A DNA stretch of 64,000 nucleotides from Candidatus Omnitrophota bacterium (lineage in GTDB: Bacteria > Omnitrophota > Gorgyraeia > JABMRG01). The stretch lies in assembly GCA_041650035.1 (NCBI GenBank), contig JBAZLY010000002.1, positions 15,436 through 79,435 of the forward strand. The letters run 5' to 3'. Of this stretch, positions 37,887-52,780 are shown piece after piece; the first letter of the stretch is position 1, and every line of letters starts with the position of its first letter. The notes under the pieces are model-generated. The model saw only the letters and a list, made by a program, of their open reading frames with translations. It had not been told where the DNA came from and did not search any database. The translations under genes were made by a program, and so were the position numbers.

Positions 37887-39428
37887 CTATTCCCACTCTA
37901 TGGTGCTCGGAGGCTTTGAAGATATGTCAAAAACCACCCGGTTTATACCACTGACCTCGTTCATAATACGGTTTGATACCCTTTGCAGAACATCCCCGGG
38001 CAGCCTTGCCCAATCCGCGGTCATAGCATCATTGCTTGTAACGGCGCGCACACATATGACATTTCCGTATGTCCGCTTATCGCCCATAACACCCACCGTA
38101 TTAACAGGCAAAAAAACACAAAACGCCTGCCACAACTTAGAGTAGAGCCCGCAACCTTTTATCTCATCTATTAATATCGCGTCAGCGTCCCTTAATATAT
38201 TGAGCTTCGCCCTTGTGATATCACCTATTATCCTGACGGCAAGTCCGGGGCCCGGGAATGGGTGCCTATAGACCAATTCATCCGGCATCCCGAGCTCTTT
38301 CCCCAGAAGCCTGACCTCGTCCTTAAAAAGCTCCCGGAGCGGCTCTATAAGGCTGAATCTTATCTTGACCGGCAGGCCGCCTACATTGTGATGGGTCTTA
38401 ATAACGGCAGAAGGTCCACCGGCGATTGAACTCGATTCAATAACATCGGGATACAGGGTCCCTTGCGCGAGAAACTTGATATCGCCAAAAGACCTTGCCT
38501 GTTTCTCGAAAACATCAATAAAGACCTTTCCGATGATCTTGCGTTTTTTTTCAGGCTCCATAACACCTTTAAGGGCCTTTAAAAACACCTTTGAAGAATC
38601 AACGCATTTCAGATCTATCCGGTAATTACGCTTGAACCTCTTTTCAACAATAGCCGCTTCATCTTTACGCAACAGGCCGTTATCGATAAATACGGCCTTA
38701 AGATTGGGGCCTATGGCCTTATGCAAAAGCAACGCCAAGACAGAGGAATCAACGCCTCCGCTTAAACCGCATAATACTTTTTCGCCACGGGTTTTTTCGC
38801 GTATGATTTTTACGGCCTCTTCCGCGAATGAACCCATAGACCAACTCCTGCGGCAGGCTGATATATCAAAAATAAAATTTTTTAAAATCTTCGCGCCGCC
38901 GATTGTATGAACTACTTCCGGATGAAACTGCACGGCATAAAACCTTCTTCCGGTATCCTGCATAACCGAGATACCTGCATTGCCGGTCTTTGCTGATACG
39001 CTAAACCCCGCGGGAAGCCGGGTAATTTTATCGCCATGGCTCATCCAGACAATCCCGCAATGCCCCAGACCGCTCAAAAGGCCGTTGTTATCAACAATTC
39101 GCAACTGCGCGCTGCCATATTCCCCGGCAGGCGCTTTGGCAACAGAGCCACCAAGCAGTTTAGCCATCAGCTGCGCGCCGTAACATATACCCAATACGGG
39201 CATGCCGAGAGAAAAAATATTTTTGTCAGGGCGGGGACTCTTTTTTGATATAACACTGGCCGGTCCGCCGGATAGAATTACGCCATTTGGATTTAAGGAC
39301 AGAATCTTTTCGGCAGGTGTATTATAAGGCAATATTTCCGAATACACATGATTTTCCCTTATTCGACGGGCTATCAGATGGGTATATTGGGAACCAAAAT
39401 CAAGAATCGCTATCCAGTCTTTTGCCAT
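37887..39428 (-). CDS. guaA: GMP synthase (glutamine-hydrolysing)
   Basis: GATase Cys (GICYG), SGGVDSS PP-loop, canonical PEKKRKIIG and C-terminal KPPSTIEWE. Confidence 0.9.
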   Translation of the reverse strand: MAKDWIAILDFGSQYTHLIARRIRENHVYSEILPYNTPAEKILSLNPNGVILSGGPASVISKKSPRPDKNIFSLGMPVLGICYGAQLMAKLLGGSVAKAPAGEYGSAQLRIVDNNGLLSGLGHCGIVWMSHGDKITRLPAGFSVSAKTGNAGISVMQDTGRRFYAVQFHPEVVHTIGGAKILKNFIFDISACRRSWSMGSFAEEAVKIIREKTRGEKVLCGLSGGVDSSVLALLLHKAIGPNLKAVFIDNGLLRKDEAAIVEKRFKRNYRIDLKCVDSSKVFLKALKGVMEPEKKRKIIGKVFIDVFEKQARSFGDIKFLAQGTLYPDVIESSSIAGGPSAVIKTHHNVGGLPVKIRFSLIEPLRELFKDEVRLLGKELGMPDELVYRHPFPGPGLAVRIIGDITRAKLNILRDADAILIDEIKGCGLYSKLWQAFCVFLPVNTVGVMGDKRTYGNVICVRAVTSNDAMTADWARLPGDVLQRVSNRIMNEVSGINRVVFDISSKPPSTIEWE

Positions 39429-39526
39429 AGGAGGCGGTAGAAACCCATATTGTAAGCGTAAGTTAAATAATAGCCTTACCGCGAGTACTTAATTATCGCG
39501 CGAAAAAATCCATCTGCCGTATCATC

Positions 39527-42500
39527 TTAGGCCTTTGCTGGCGCGCCTAAATCTTTGTAATAATCCTGTAGAGACTTCGGGAAGATCTTGCTCTTTTTGG
39601 CCGCGTCTATTCCCTCTATCGCCGCGGTAGCGGCCGCAAGTGTTGTGATATAAGGGACTTTGTATTGTATGGCCTTCATCCTTATATAGCTGTCGTCATA
39701 TTTTCCGGTCCGCCCGACAGGCGTATTAATAATAAAATGTATCTCTTTATTCTTGATCGCGTCGGCAATATTAGGCCGGCCCTCATGGAGCTTTTTTAAT
39801 ACAACCGTGTCAATACCGTTCTCATTCAAAAACTCCGATGTGCCTGACGTGGTCAATATATTAAACCCGATCTTCTTAAGTTTCCTGGCTATCGGCAAAA
39901 GTTTATGTTTATCTTTATCGGCAACCGTTAACAAGACATTGCCCTCAAGGGGCAGCCTTGAACCCGCCGCCTCTTCAGCCTTAAAAAATGCCAAGCCGAA
40001 GGTATCTGCTATACCCATTACCTCGCCTGTGGCGCGCATCTCGGGGCCAAGAACAGGGTCAACCTCGGGAAACATATTGAACGGGAAAACAGCCTCCTTT
40101 ACGCAAAAATAGGGTATATTTGATGACCTTAGGATATCCTTGAAGTCTTTTATGCGTTTGCCAAGCATGACCTGGGTGGCGATATGGGCCAGCGGGACAT
40201 TTTGCACCTTAGAAACAATGGGCACCGTTCTTGAAGCGCGGGGGTTTGCCTCAAGTATATAAACCTTGTCCCGGCATATCGCGTATTGAATATTCATAAG
40301 ACCGACGACCTTCAGAGATCTGCCTATACGGCCTGTGTATTCCCTTATCGTATCAAGGTGGGATTTCTTTATAGTCTTCGTGGGTATAGCGCAGGCGGAA
40401 TCACCGGAATGCACGCCCGCAAGCTCTATATGCTCCATAATCGAGGCGACAAATGTTTCTTCACCGTCACAAACGGCATCAACCTCTGTCTCTACGGCCT
40501 CCTCAAGAAATCTGTCAATAAGCATAGGATGTTCAGGACATACATTAATAGCCTCGAGGGCGTATTTGCGCAGCATTTCTTCATCATAGACAATCTCCAT
40601 GCCGCGGCCGCCAAGCACGAAAGAAGGCCTTATCATAAGCGGATACCCTATCCTTTTGGCAATAACAAGCGCCTCATCAAGGGACATGGCTGTCCCGCTT
40701 TCAGGCTGAGGAATGCCGAGCTCCATTATCTTCTGCCTGAAACTTTCCCTGTCTTCGGCGAATTTGATGCTTTCAGGCGTTGTCCCGGCTATTTTTACGC
40801 CGTTTTCTTTAAGCTGTTGCGCTATATTTAACGGCGTCTGGCCTCCAAACTGGACTATCACACCTTCAGGTTTTTCTTTTTCATAAATGCTAAGCACATC
40901 TTCCACGGTAAGCGGCTCAAAATAAAGTTTATCCGAGGTATCATAGTCGGTTGACACGGTCTCGGGATTGCAGTTAACCATGACCGATTCATATCCGGAT
41001 TCTTTAAGTGCAAAAGCGGCATGAACACAAGTATAGTCAAACTCAATGCCCTGACCTATCCTGTTGGGACCGCCGCCTAATATCATAATCTTTTTTTTGT
41101 TTGACGAGACAGGGGTATTGTCCTTGCCGTTATAAGTTGAATAATAATAATAACAAGCGTTTTCTACGCCGCTGACAGGAATGGCCTCATATGCCTGTCT
41201 TATGCCAAGGGCAATCCTCTTCGCCCTGATTTCCATTTCGCCCGCATTAATGACCCTGGAAAGATACCTATCGGCAAAACCCCATTTTTTGGCCTTTACA
41301 AACTTATCTTTAGGCAGGCTATCCAAGGTATATTTTGATATGTCTTCCTCAAACTCCACCAGCTCTTTGATCTCGTTTAAAAACCATTCATGGATATGCG
41401 TGAGCTTGTTTATATCGTCAACGGAGCAGCCTTTACGTAAAGCTTCATAAATCAAAAAAACGCGTTCACTTGACGGCATAGACAGCATTTCAGTTAATTT
41501 TTCCTTGGATAATTCGTTAAAATTTTTGGCAAAACCCAAACCGTATCTGTTTATTTCAAGAGAGCGTATAGCCTTCTGAAAGGCCTCCTTGAATGTCTTG
41601 CCTATGCTCATCACCTCCCCGACAGCCTTCATTTGGGTACCCAGCACATCCTTGGCCTGGGGAAATTTTTCAAAAGCCCATCTGGCGAATTTGATAACTA
41701 CATAGTCGCCTCCAGGCTTGTATTTGTCAAGACTGCCATGTCTCCAATAGGGTATCTCGTTAAGCGTTAACCCGGAGGCAAGCTTGGTTGATATAAGCGC
41801 TATCGGAAAACCCGTGGCCTTTGAGGCCAGGGCCGAAGAACGCGATGTTCTCGGATTGATCTCTATAACCACTATCCTGCCGTCCTGTCTGTTGTGGGCA
41901 AACTGGACATTTGTGCCGCCTACAACATCAATGGCGTCAACAATTTTATATGCCATATCCTGCATGCGGGTCTGAAGCGGCTTCGGCACTGTAAGCATAG
42001 GGGCGGAACAAAAACTATCTCCCGTGTGAACACCCATTGGGTCTATATTTTCAATAAAACATACAGTTATCTTTTGTCCATTTTTATCGCGCACGACTTC
42101 AAGTTCAAGCTCTTCCCATCCAAGAACTGATTCTTCAATCAGAACCTGGTTTACCAAACTCGCCGCAAGGCCTCTTGCGGCGATCTCCCTTAGCTCCTCA
42201 ACATTATAGGCTATGCCTCCGCCTGTGCCGCCCAATGTATAAGCAGGCCGCAGGACAACGGGGTATTTAAGTCTCTCCGCGATCCTCTCCGCCTCCTCTA
42301 TGGAATAGCACGGTTCAGATTTGGCCATAGGAATACCTATATCATTCATGGCCTGCTTAAAGGCTATCCTGTCCTCACCCCGTTCTATAGCATCAACCTT
42401 AACCCCTATTACCTCAACGGCATATTTATCAAGAATCCCTGACTTATGAAGGCTTGAGGCGAGGTTTAATCCTGTCTGACCCCCGAGATTGGGCAGCAGG

Positions 42501-42754
42501 GCATCGGGTCTTTCTTTTTCAATTATCTTTTCTATTGTCTCAACGGTAAGAGGCTCAATATACGTCTTGTCTGCTGTCGCGGGATCGGTCATTATGGTGG
42601 CAGGATTGGAGTTAACCAGGACAACTTCATAGCCCTGTTCTTTCAAGGCCTTACAGGCCTGCGTCCCTGAATAATCAAATTCGCAAGCCTGGCCTATTAT
42701 TATAGGTCCTGAACCAATTATAAGTATCTTATGCAGATCTTTTCTTTTCGGCAT
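39527..42754 (-). CDS. carB: carbamoyl-phosphate synthase large subunit
   Basis: 1075 aa, duplicated ATP-grasp halves, MGS-like C-terminal domain; no carA adjacent. Confidence 0.9.
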   Translation of the reverse strand: MPKRKDLHKILIIGSGPIIIGQACEFDYSGTQACKALKEQGYEVVLVNSNPATIMTDPATADKTYIEPLTVETIEKIIEKERPDALLPNLGGQTGLNLASSLHKSGILDKYAVEVIGVKVDAIERGEDRIAFKQAMNDIGIPMAKSEPCYSIEEAERIAERLKYPVVLRPAYTLGGTGGGIAYNVEELREIAARGLAASLVNQVLIEESVLGWEELELEVVRDKNGQKITVCFIENIDPMGVHTGDSFCSAPMLTVPKPLQTRMQDMAYKIVDAIDVVGGTNVQFAHNRQDGRIVVIEINPRTSRSSALASKATGFPIALISTKLASGLTLNEIPYWRHGSLDKYKPGGDYVVIKFARWAFEKFPQAKDVLGTQMKAVGEVMSIGKTFKEAFQKAIRSLEINRYGLGFAKNFNELSKEKLTEMLSMPSSERVFLIYEALRKGCSVDDINKLTHIHEWFLNEIKELVEFEEDISKYTLDSLPKDKFVKAKKWGFADRYLSRVINAGEMEIRAKRIALGIRQAYEAIPVSGVENACYYYYSTYNGKDNTPVSSNKKKIMILGGGPNRIGQGIEFDYTCVHAAFALKESGYESVMVNCNPETVSTDYDTSDKLYFEPLTVEDVLSIYEKEKPEGVIVQFGGQTPLNIAQQLKENGVKIAGTTPESIKFAEDRESFRQKIMELGIPQPESGTAMSLDEALVIAKRIGYPLMIRPSFVLGGRGMEIVYDEEMLRKYALEAINVCPEHPMLIDRFLEEAVETEVDAVCDGEETFVASIMEHIELAGVHSGDSACAIPTKTIKKSHLDTIREYTGRIGRSLKVVGLMNIQYAICRDKVYILEANPRASRTVPIVSKVQNVPLAHIATQVMLGKRIKDFKDILRSSNIPYFCVKEAVFPFNMFPEVDPVLGPEMRATGEVMGIADTFGLAFFKAEEAAGSRLPLEGNVLLTVADKDKHKLLPIARKLKKIGFNILTTSGTSEFLNENGIDTVVLKKLHEGRPNIADAIKNKEIHFIINTPVGRTGKYDDSYIRMKAIQYKVPYITTLAAATAAIEGIDAAKKSKIFPKSLQDYYKDLGAPAKA

Positions 42755-42854
42755 AGAAATCCCTGTTCATGTATACTAATCGGTGATTATAACATAGCCA
42801 AAAGTATCTGGCAAATCATTTTATATCTATTTTTGACGTCTATAACAAATACCG

Positions 42855-45645
<2,791 letters not shown>

Positions 45646-45695
45646 TCTATCCGCAGTTGTTTTTTTAATGTCTGATATCCGGTACCGTATATCCG

Positions 45696-46532
45696 CTATC
45701 TACCCAGGCGGCATATATGCTCTTCTTTATCTATATACGCGCGCGATCTGTTAATCAATTCGTCCCAATCCACAAGATGGGCATTAAATTCCGGGCCGTC
45801 AACACAGCTAAATTTGACCTGGCTTCCGATCTTGACCCTGCAACCCCCGCACATACCGGTGGCATCGACCATCAGAGCGTTAAGAGAGACGATAGTCTCC
45901 ACGCCAAAAACTTTGGTAACTTCTGAAACCGATTTCATCATCGGAATAGGTCCAACAGCATAAACCAGAACGGGTTTCGGGCCGGCATCTGCCAAGTTTA
46001 ACACCTCTGACAATATGCCTGTGACAAAACCCTTTCTTCCGTATGAGCCGTCATCCGTGGTAATGTGCAGAATATCGGATACCAACCTAATCTTTTCCTC
46101 TAATAACAAAAGGCCTTTTGTCTTTGCGCCCAGGATAACAGTAATATGATTGCCGGCCTCTTTCATAGCCCTGCCTATAGGATATAATTCGGCTATGCCA
46201 AGACCTCCCCCTACCAATACTACGTTACCATATCTCTTTATCGGGGTAGCATGACCCATAGGTCCGGCTACAGCATACACGGAATCTTCTTGACTCATCG
46301 CTGATAATAGTCGTGTGCTGAAACCTATCTCTTGAATTATCAGCGTAATAGAACCCGACACAGGGTCTTTGTCTACAACAGTAAGAGGTATCCTCTCGCC
46401 CTGTTCTTTTGCCATGACAACAACAAATTGGCCGGGCTTAATCTTTGCCGCTATCAAAGGCGCGTGAATAACAAGTCGGGTTATCTTTGTCCCAAGGCAT
46501 TGTGCTATAGTATTCTTTTCCAATATTTTCAT
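45696..46532 (-). CDS. PyrK-like FAD/[2Fe-2S] electron-transfer subunit (NfnA/SudB-like)
   Basis: FNR-like fold, C-terminal MVDATGMCGGCRV cluster motif; ATG (MKILEKN) preferred over upstream TTG. Confidence 0.65.
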   Translation of the reverse strand: MKILEKNTIAQCLGTKITRLVIHAPLIAAKIKPGQFVVVMAKEQGERIPLTVVDKDPVSGSITLIIQEIGFSTRLLSAMSQEDSVYAVAGPMGHATPIKRYGNVVLVGGGLGIAELYPIGRAMKEAGNHITVILGAKTKGLLLLEEKIRLVSDILHITTDDGSYGRKGFVTGILSEVLNLADAGPKPVLVYAVGPIPMMKSVSEVTKVFGVETIVSLNALMVDATGMCGGCRVKIGSQVKFSCVDGPEFNAHLVDWDELINRSRAYIDKEEHICRLGR

Positions 46533-46663
46533 AGATAGCCTTTTAGAAAGACGTCGGTGCTTGAACACGGGATATAAAAAATAGGTGCCTTTTTCCTCCG
46601 ACAATCATTGTCGAAAAAAGACACCTTTGTCATACATACGATTTAATATAACATAAAACAAAA

Positions 46664-47860
46664 TTATGTCAACATTATTTTGCGCCAAAAATCCTTCAGG
46701 TCCGGCTTATCAATAAGCCTAAGAACGTTTTTTGTAAATTGCTCACCGGTAATTCCGGTGCCCCTTCCGGTAATGAGCATTTTTTTATCGGCGCCGCAAA
46801 CGTCAAGAACCATATCCATTTTTTCAGCCAAAGACGAATAACCAATATGCCTTAGAAGCATAGCTCCCGCGCGGATCATGGAACTGGGATCGGCATATTT
46901 CTGCCTACCCTCTTCAACCATCCGCGGCGCGCTACCGTGTATTGCCTCAAACATTGACCAGTGTGTCCCTATATTAGCACTGCCAGCGGTCCCGACACCA
47001 CCCTGCAGTTGGGCCGCTTCATCCGTAAGTATATCCCCATAGAGGTTAGGCAGGACTATTACCTTGAAATCGCCTCTCCTTGCCGGGTCTATAAGTTTGG
47101 CGGACATTATGTCCACATACCACTCATCTAATTTAATATTTGGGTATTCCTGCGCTATCCGGTAAGCTGTCCTGGAAAACCTGCCGTCCGTTGCCTTGAT
47201 CACATTTGATTTCGTAACCGCCGTAACGCGGTCTATATTATTCTTATCGGCATATTCAAAGGCCATCCTGATAATCCGCTCCGAACCCTGGCGCGTCGCT
47301 ACGCTGAAATCCACACTGATATCATCGGCAATATCAAACCCCCTGGAACCAAGTATATAAGCGCCTTCGGTATTTTCCCGGAAAAAAACCCATTCTATTT
47401 TTTCTTTCGGTATCCTGAACGGGCGCACATTAGCAAACAGGTCAAGCTGGCGTCTCATGGCGACATTAGCGCTTTCTATATTAGGCCATTTGCCGCCCGC
47501 TTGAGGCGTTGTAGTTGGGCCTTTCAGTATTACATGACAACTCTTAAGCTCATCGAGAACATCATCAGGTATGGCCTTATTATGCCTTACCCTGTTCTCT
47601 ATCGTAAGCCCGGTTATGTCCTTAAAAGAGATCTTTCTCGCGGCAATCTTATCGCGTAATACATGCGTTAAGACCTCCCGCGCGTGCTTTGATATCTCAA
47701 GACCTATACCATCGCCGGGGCATATACCGATGATAATAGCCGGCAGGTTGGAATAATCAGTCTCTTCACGGGGCATTTTCATCTTGTCTATCCGTTCCAG
47801 CTGTTCCCTGATTATCGCGCCGAATTTGTCCTTCGCCTTTTCTATGACATCATCATACAT
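46664..47860 (-). CDS. icd: NADP-dependent isocitrate dehydrogenase (IDH/IMDH superfamily)
   Basis: NLYGDILTDEAAQLQGGVG and GSAP motifs; N-terminal extension of about 25 aa. Confidence 0.75.
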   Translation of the reverse strand: MYDDVIEKAKDKFGAIIREQLERIDKMKMPREETDYSNLPAIIIGICPGDGIGLEISKHAREVLTHVLRDKIAARKISFKDITGLTIENRVRHNKAIPDDVLDELKSCHVILKGPTTTPQAGGKWPNIESANVAMRRQLDLFANVRPFRIPKEKIEWVFFRENTEGAYILGSRGFDIADDISVDFSVATRQGSERIIRMAFEYADKNNIDRVTAVTKSNVIKATDGRFSRTAYRIAQEYPNIKLDEWYVDIMSAKLIDPARRGDFKVIVLPNLYGDILTDEAAQLQGGVGTAGSANIGTHWSMFEAIHGSAPRMVEEGRQKYADPSSMIRAGAMLLRHIGYSSLAEKMDMVLDVCGADKKMLITGRGTGITGEQFTKNVLRLIDKPDLKDFWRKIMLT

Positions 47861-47876
47861 AAGAGGGCCTTCCTGC

Positions 47877-49196
47877 TTAAAGGATAGCTAAATAGCGGTC
47901 GAGCTCATGCCTTGTGACCTGTTTCTTATACTCATTCCATTCATCTTTTTTATTTCTTATGAAATATTCAAACACCTTATCGCCGAGGGCCTTCCTGACA
48001 AGAGGGCTGTTTTCGGTTATCCTTATGGCATCATAGAGATCGTCAGGTAAAGACTCTATGCTATGGACATTTCTTTCATCTTCCGTCATATTATAAATAT
48101 TATTGGTGACCTGTTTCGGGAGCTTATATCTTTTCCTTATACCCTCGAGGCCGGCCGCGAGCATGACCGAAAACGCCAAATAAGGATTACACGCCGGGTC
48201 AGGGTTTCTCATCTCAATCCTTGTTGCCATTTCCTTACCCGGCTTATACATAGGCACCCTGACCAGGGCTGACCTATTCCTATGCGCCCATGACACATAG
48301 ACAGGAGCTTCATACCCCGGCACAAGCCTTTTGTAAGAGTTTACCCATTGACAGCATACGGAGCATATCTCCTTGGCATGCATTAACAACCCTGCTATAA
48401 AATACCTGGCCGTATCCGATAGGTGGTATTTATCGTTTTTATCATAAAACGTGTTTCTCCTGCCTTTGAACAATGACATGTGCGTGTGCATGCCACTTCC
48501 ATTAATACCGTAAACAGGCTTTGGCATAAAAGTCGCGTGCATATTCTGCTGCATCGCCACCTCCTTAACGATCATCCGGTATGTCATAACATTATCCGCC
48601 ATGAGAAGCGCCTCGTTATAACGAAGGTCTATTTCGTGCTGGGAAGAGGCCACCTCATGATGCCAGTATTCCACCTCAATACCCATCTTTTCAAGGGCAA
48701 GGACCGTTTTGCGCCGCAGATCCTGGCCTATGTCCATAGGCGTTAAGTCAAAATATCCGCCTTTATCAAGTATCTCCGTGCCCCCGGAATTCCTGAAATA
48801 AAAATACTCGAGTTCAGGTCCGACATTAAAAGTGTAACCCATCTTTTTTGCCTCGGCAATATTCCTTTTTAAGACATAACGCGGGTCTCCCCCAAAGGGT
48901 TTACCGTCGGGCTCGACAACATCACAGAATATCCTTGCCACAGGCCCTTCCTCTGTAGCCCACGGCATAATCTGGAAGGTAGAGATATCAGGCCTTACTA
49001 CCATATCGGATTCTTCGATACGAGAAAAACCCTCTATTGACGATCCGTCAAAACCCATGCCCTCATCCAGGGCATGGGGCAATTCCTGCACCGGGATATC
49101 GAAACTCTTTAAAAAACCCAGGACATCCGTAAACCACAAACGTAAAAAGGCTATCCTTTTCTTTTTGACTGTCTCTAATATCTCTTGTTTGGTCAT
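47877..49196 (-). CDS. glnA: glutamine synthetase type I
   Basis: GS beta-grasp and catalytic domains; 439 aa. Confidence 0.9.
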   Translation of the reverse strand: MTKQEILETVKKKRIAFLRLWFTDVLGFLKSFDIPVQELPHALDEGMGFDGSSIEGFSRIEESDMVVRPDISTFQIMPWATEEGPVARIFCDVVEPDGKPFGGDPRYVLKRNIAEAKKMGYTFNVGPELEYFYFRNSGGTEILDKGGYFDLTPMDIGQDLRRKTVLALEKMGIEVEYWHHEVASSQHEIDLRYNEALLMADNVMTYRMIVKEVAMQQNMHATFMPKPVYGINGSGMHTHMSLFKGRRNTFYDKNDKYHLSDTARYFIAGLLMHAKEICSVCCQWVNSYKRLVPGYEAPVYVSWAHRNRSALVRVPMYKPGKEMATRIEMRNPDPACNPYLAFSVMLAAGLEGIRKRYKLPKQVTNNIYNMTEDERNVHSIESLPDDLYDAIRITENSPLVRKALGDKVFEYFIRNKKDEWNEYKKQVTRHELDRYLAIL

Positions 49197-49295
49197 AATA
49201 CTCTCCTTGATCTTTACGCGTTATACTATAAAAAATTCATATATACCGGCCGCCCCATTTCGGGCAAATCGCCGCGGGCAAGGCCGCGGGACGGA

Positions 49296-50996
49296 TTAGA
49301 ATACCTCCCTCTCTTCACTGTAAGACAAGTCAAGAAAATTACGGAGTTTTTTGCTGCGAATAGGGTGGCGCAATTTACGCAGGGCCTTTGCCTCTATCTG
49401 CCTTACCCTTTCCCTGGTGACATGGAATATGGTCCCTACCTCTTCCAGGGTCCTGGGGTAACCATCACCTATGCCAAACCTTAATTTTAACACCTGCTTT
49501 TCCCTTTCCGTCAATGTATCAAGGACACCGTCCATCTGTTCCTTGAGCATCGAATAGGCGGTGGCGCTGGCAGGCGACATCGCCCTTTTATCCTCTATAA
49601 AATCGCCGAAATGCGTGTCACCTTCATCTCCGACCGGGGTCTGCAGTGATATCGGCTCCTGGGCTATTTTTAATATACCCCTCACCTTCTCGACGGAAAG
49701 GTCCATGTGCCGGGCTATCTCCTCCGGGGTCGGTTCCCTGCCTGTCTCCTGAACAAGCGACCTGGATACCCTGACAAGCCTGTTTATGGTCTCTGTCATA
49801 TGAACAGGTATCCTTATAGTCCTGGCCTGGTCCGCGATCGAGCGGGTAATAGCCTGGCGTATCCACCATGTGGCATATGTGGAAAATTTATAACCTCTCT
49901 TGTATTCAAATTTATCAACGGCCTTCATGAGGCCTATATTGCCTTCCTGTATAAGGTCTAAAAATGAAAGCCCCCTGTTCGTGTATTTTTTAGCAATTGA
50001 GACCACAAGCCTCAAATTCGCCTCAACAAGGATCTTTTTGGTCTTCTGGAAATTTGCCTCTCTCTTCTTTATATTGAATATAAGCTGTCTAATCTTATCC
50101 TGGCCGAAACCGAATTCCTTTTCTATCTTCCTGATATTCTTATTGAGGCCCGCGAGCTGCGAAAACCTTCTTAACCTCTTAAGCCTGTTTACCTCCTTCT
50201 GTATTCTCTCGATCTGTTCGGCATGCATCTTGATCCTAAAACCCATTTCCTCAATAAATGTGGTCACAAGGACGAATTTGCACAAGATCTCTTTTATGGT
50301 CTTTTGACTCTTTGTCCTCTTTAATTTTTTCAAAAGTTTCGCGATACGGGTAACAGGTTTTATCTTGGCGGGGGCCAGGTCCTCTTTTATATAATCCTCT
50401 GGATTCAATTCTTCGTTGACAATCTTTTGGGTAAGTTCCTTGACATACTCAACGCTTAGCCTGCAATCGAATATAACATCCCTAAAACCGTTTTCGGCCT
50501 CTTCTATCCTTTTGGCCAGACTTATCTCATCCTCTCTTGAAAGAAGCGGTATCTGACCCATCTGGCGAAGATACATCCTGACAGGATCATCCATGGGCCC
50601 GTCAGACTTAGGGGAAAGCGCATGTTTAGCAGCTTTGTCTTTTTCGCGGGCCGATTCCGAATCAAGGAGTTCTATATGCTCCCGGTCAAGAGTGGAGAGA
50701 ATCTCATCTATATCCTCGGATGATGTTACGTCTTCCGGTAATATTTGGTTTATCTCGTCAAAAGTAAGATAACCCTTGGCCTTGCCGAGGCTTATCAGCT
50801 CTTTTATCTTGGCCGCGGGAACAGCGCTCTGCGCCCACGCCTGCCCGGATAGCGTTTTACTTGAACAATTTAAGTCCGCGATTTCGGCCGTATCACGATT
50901 CGCGGCCCCGGTGGAAGGTTGCGTCTTTATAGTTTTATTTTTTTTCTTGACCGTGAAACTTTTTTTCTTCTTTACCACTTTTTTCTTGGCCATCAA
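49296..50996 (-). CDS. rpoD: RNA polymerase primary sigma factor RpoD with Lys-rich N-terminal extension
   Basis: Regions 1.1-4.2 conserved ([38 protein letters not shown]); about 60-aa K-rich leader. Confidence 0.9.
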   Translation of the reverse strand: MMAKKKVVKKKKSFTVKKKNKTIKTQPSTGAANRDTAEIADLNCSSKTLSGQAWAQSAVPAAKIKELISLGKAKGYLTFDEINQILPEDVTSSEDIDEILSTLDREHIELLDSESAREKDKAAKHALSPKSDGPMDDPVRMYLRQMGQIPLLSREDEISLAKRIEEAENGFRDVIFDCRLSVEYVKELTQKIVNEELNPEDYIKEDLAPAKIKPVTRIAKLLKKLKRTKSQKTIKEILCKFVLVTTFIEEMGFRIKMHAEQIERIQKEVNRLKRLRRFSQLAGLNKNIRKIEKEFGFGQDKIRQLIFNIKKREANFQKTKKILVEANLRLVVSIAKKYTNRGLSFLDLIQEGNIGLMKAVDKFEYKRGYKFSTYATWWIRQAITRSIADQARTIRIPVHMTETINRLVRVSRSLVQETGREPTPEEIARHMDLSVEKVRGILKIAQEPISLQTPVGDEGDTHFGDFIEDKRAMSPASATAYSMLKEQMDGVLDTLTEREKQVLKLRFGIGDGYPRTLEEVGTIFHVTRERVRQIEAKALRKLRHPIRSKKLRNFLDLSYSEEREVF

Positions 50997-52756
50997 ATCC
51001 TCTCGCTGCTTAAGGCGTCGAGCTGTTTTATAAGCTTCATAAGCTTATCATCGTCTCCCGCGGATTCCGCCTGCTTTATCATCGTTGTCAGGGTCTGTTC
51101 TTTGCGCGCGAGACAATCGCGTTTTACGCGGACAACGCAATCGTGAAGCGTCTTACGCCTGTCAACAAGCTTTTCAGATTCCTCAAACGCTTCATATATT
51201 ATACTGCTAAGCCCTTCATCACCTATGCGTTCAATTACCTTGCGTCCGCTGGGTATCTTGTTTTCATCAAGCAGTCGATAGATAACATCCACTATCCTGC
51301 GTATATCAGCGCTGGCAAATTCTTCTATATCAAGGACTGTCCTGACATTGCGGGCTATCGCCTCCTCCTCCATCATAAGGTTTATGATTATCTTTTCAGC
51401 CGGAGGTATCCTGTTGACGGATATCGCGCTTTTTGATTCAGAGATAGAAGAGTAATCGGATTTTATTTTTGACAACTCATCCAGCAGGACATCCTCCTGC
51501 ACAAAAAGAGTTTTTGACAGCCTTTTGATATAATCAGATCTAAGAACGCTGTTCTCTATCCTCTTTATGGTCGGCAGCATTTCCGCTGTTATGCGGGCCT
51601 TATCTTCCGAATGGGCCGGATTATATTTATTAAGAAGCAGCGTTAGCTTATAGTCAAAAAGATTGGGGGCGGAATCTACAATCTTTATCAGCCCTTCAGC
51701 CCCCTGCCGCCGGACATAACTGTCAGGGTCATCCCCTTTGTCGAGAGTAGCAACCCTTACAAAAAGCCCTTCGGAGACAAGCAGGTCGAGACCCCTTAAT
51801 GACGCGGCCTCACCGGCGGCATCCGCATCATATACTATGACCGCGTTCTCCGTGAACCTCTTGATGAGCCTTATCTGTTCAATGGTAAGGGCTGTCCCGA
51901 GCGTGGCCACAATGTTTTTTATGCCGTTTTGAAATGGGAGTATCAGGTCTAAATACCCCTCTACAATAATAACATAATCCTTTTTCCTGATCTCATCTAT
52001 AGCAAGGTTTAAGCCGTAAAGATGCCTGCCTTTGACATAGATCTCGCTCTCGGGAGAATTCATATACTTTGGCAGAGAATCGTCAAGTGTCCTGCCGCCA
52101 AAGGCTACAACCCTTGAACGCATGTCAAATATCGGGAAAATGGCCCTGGCCCTGAACCTGTCATAAAAACCATTATTCTTGCCGGGCATGACCAATCCGG
52201 CCTTTTGGAGAACTGACTCTGAAACACCCTTGGATTTGGCGTATTTCAGCAATCCATCCCATTCGCCGGAGGCATAACCGATTTTAAAAAAACCCACCGA
52301 TTCGGCATTCAGCCCGCGCCGGGCCAGGTATTCTCTGCCTGCGGCGGCCTTTGCGGAGGCCAGCAAAACCGCGTTATAATATTCCACGGCGAGCTGATTA
52401 ACGCGATATAATCCCGCTGAAGACCTGCCCGCCGGTGAACCATGCCTATAATTACCTTTTATGCCGGAAAGAGCTATTCCCGCCTTGTCAGCTAAAAGCC
52501 TTAAAGCCTCCATGAATTCAAGGCCTTCATGCTTCATTACAAAGGATATCATATCGCCGCCGGCGCCACAACCAAAACAATGATATATACCCTTAACAGG
52601 GCTTACCACAAACGATGCCGTTTTTTCATGGTGAAATGGACAGCATGCCTTAAAATTCCTGCCTGCCTGTTTTAACGGTATATAAGCCCCTATTATATCC
52701 GCTATATTAAGCTTTGAATGTATCTGTTCAATAATACCTTCTAAATCATTGGCCAT
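50993..52756 (-). CDS. dnaG: DNA primase
   Basis: Zinc ribbon [11 protein letters not shown]...CFGCG, TOPRIM EGYLD, C-terminal helicase-interaction domain; stop overlaps rpoD start. Confidence 0.9.
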   Translation of the reverse strand: MANDLEGIIEQIHSKLNIADIIGAYIPLKQAGRNFKACCPFHHEKTASFVVSPVKGIYHCFGCGAGGDMISFVMKHEGLEFMEALRLLADKAGIALSGIKGNYRHGSPAGRSSAGLYRVNQLAVEYYNAVLLASAKAAAGREYLARRGLNAESVGFFKIGYASGEWDGLLKYAKSKGVSESVLQKAGLVMPGKNNGFYDRFRARAIFPIFDMRSRVVAFGGRTLDDSLPKYMNSPESEIYVKGRHLYGLNLAIDEIRKKDYVIIVEGYLDLILPFQNGIKNIVATLGTALTIEQIRLIKRFTENAVIVYDADAAGEAASLRGLDLLVSEGLFVRVATLDKGDDPDSYVRRQGAEGLIKIVDSAPNLFDYKLTLLLNKYNPAHSEDKARITAEMLPTIKRIENSVLRSDYIKRLSKTLFVQEDVLLDELSKIKSDYSSISESKSAISVNRIPPAEKIIINLMMEEEAIARNVRTVLDIEEFASADIRRIVDVIYRLLDENKIPSGRKVIERIGDEGLSSIIYEAFEESEKLVDRRKTLHDCVVRVKRDCLARKEQTLTTMIKQAESAGDDDKLMKLIKQLDALSSERI

Positions 52757-52780
52757 CCTAAACCCGGTATCCGCTGTAAG

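Noticed and set aside
46533-46663. Palindrome CGACAATCATTGTCG between icd and nfnA as a terminator
   Set aside because: On the transcribed minus strand the hairpin is not followed by a U-tract. It could be an operator or RNA structure, but the evidence is too weak to annotate.
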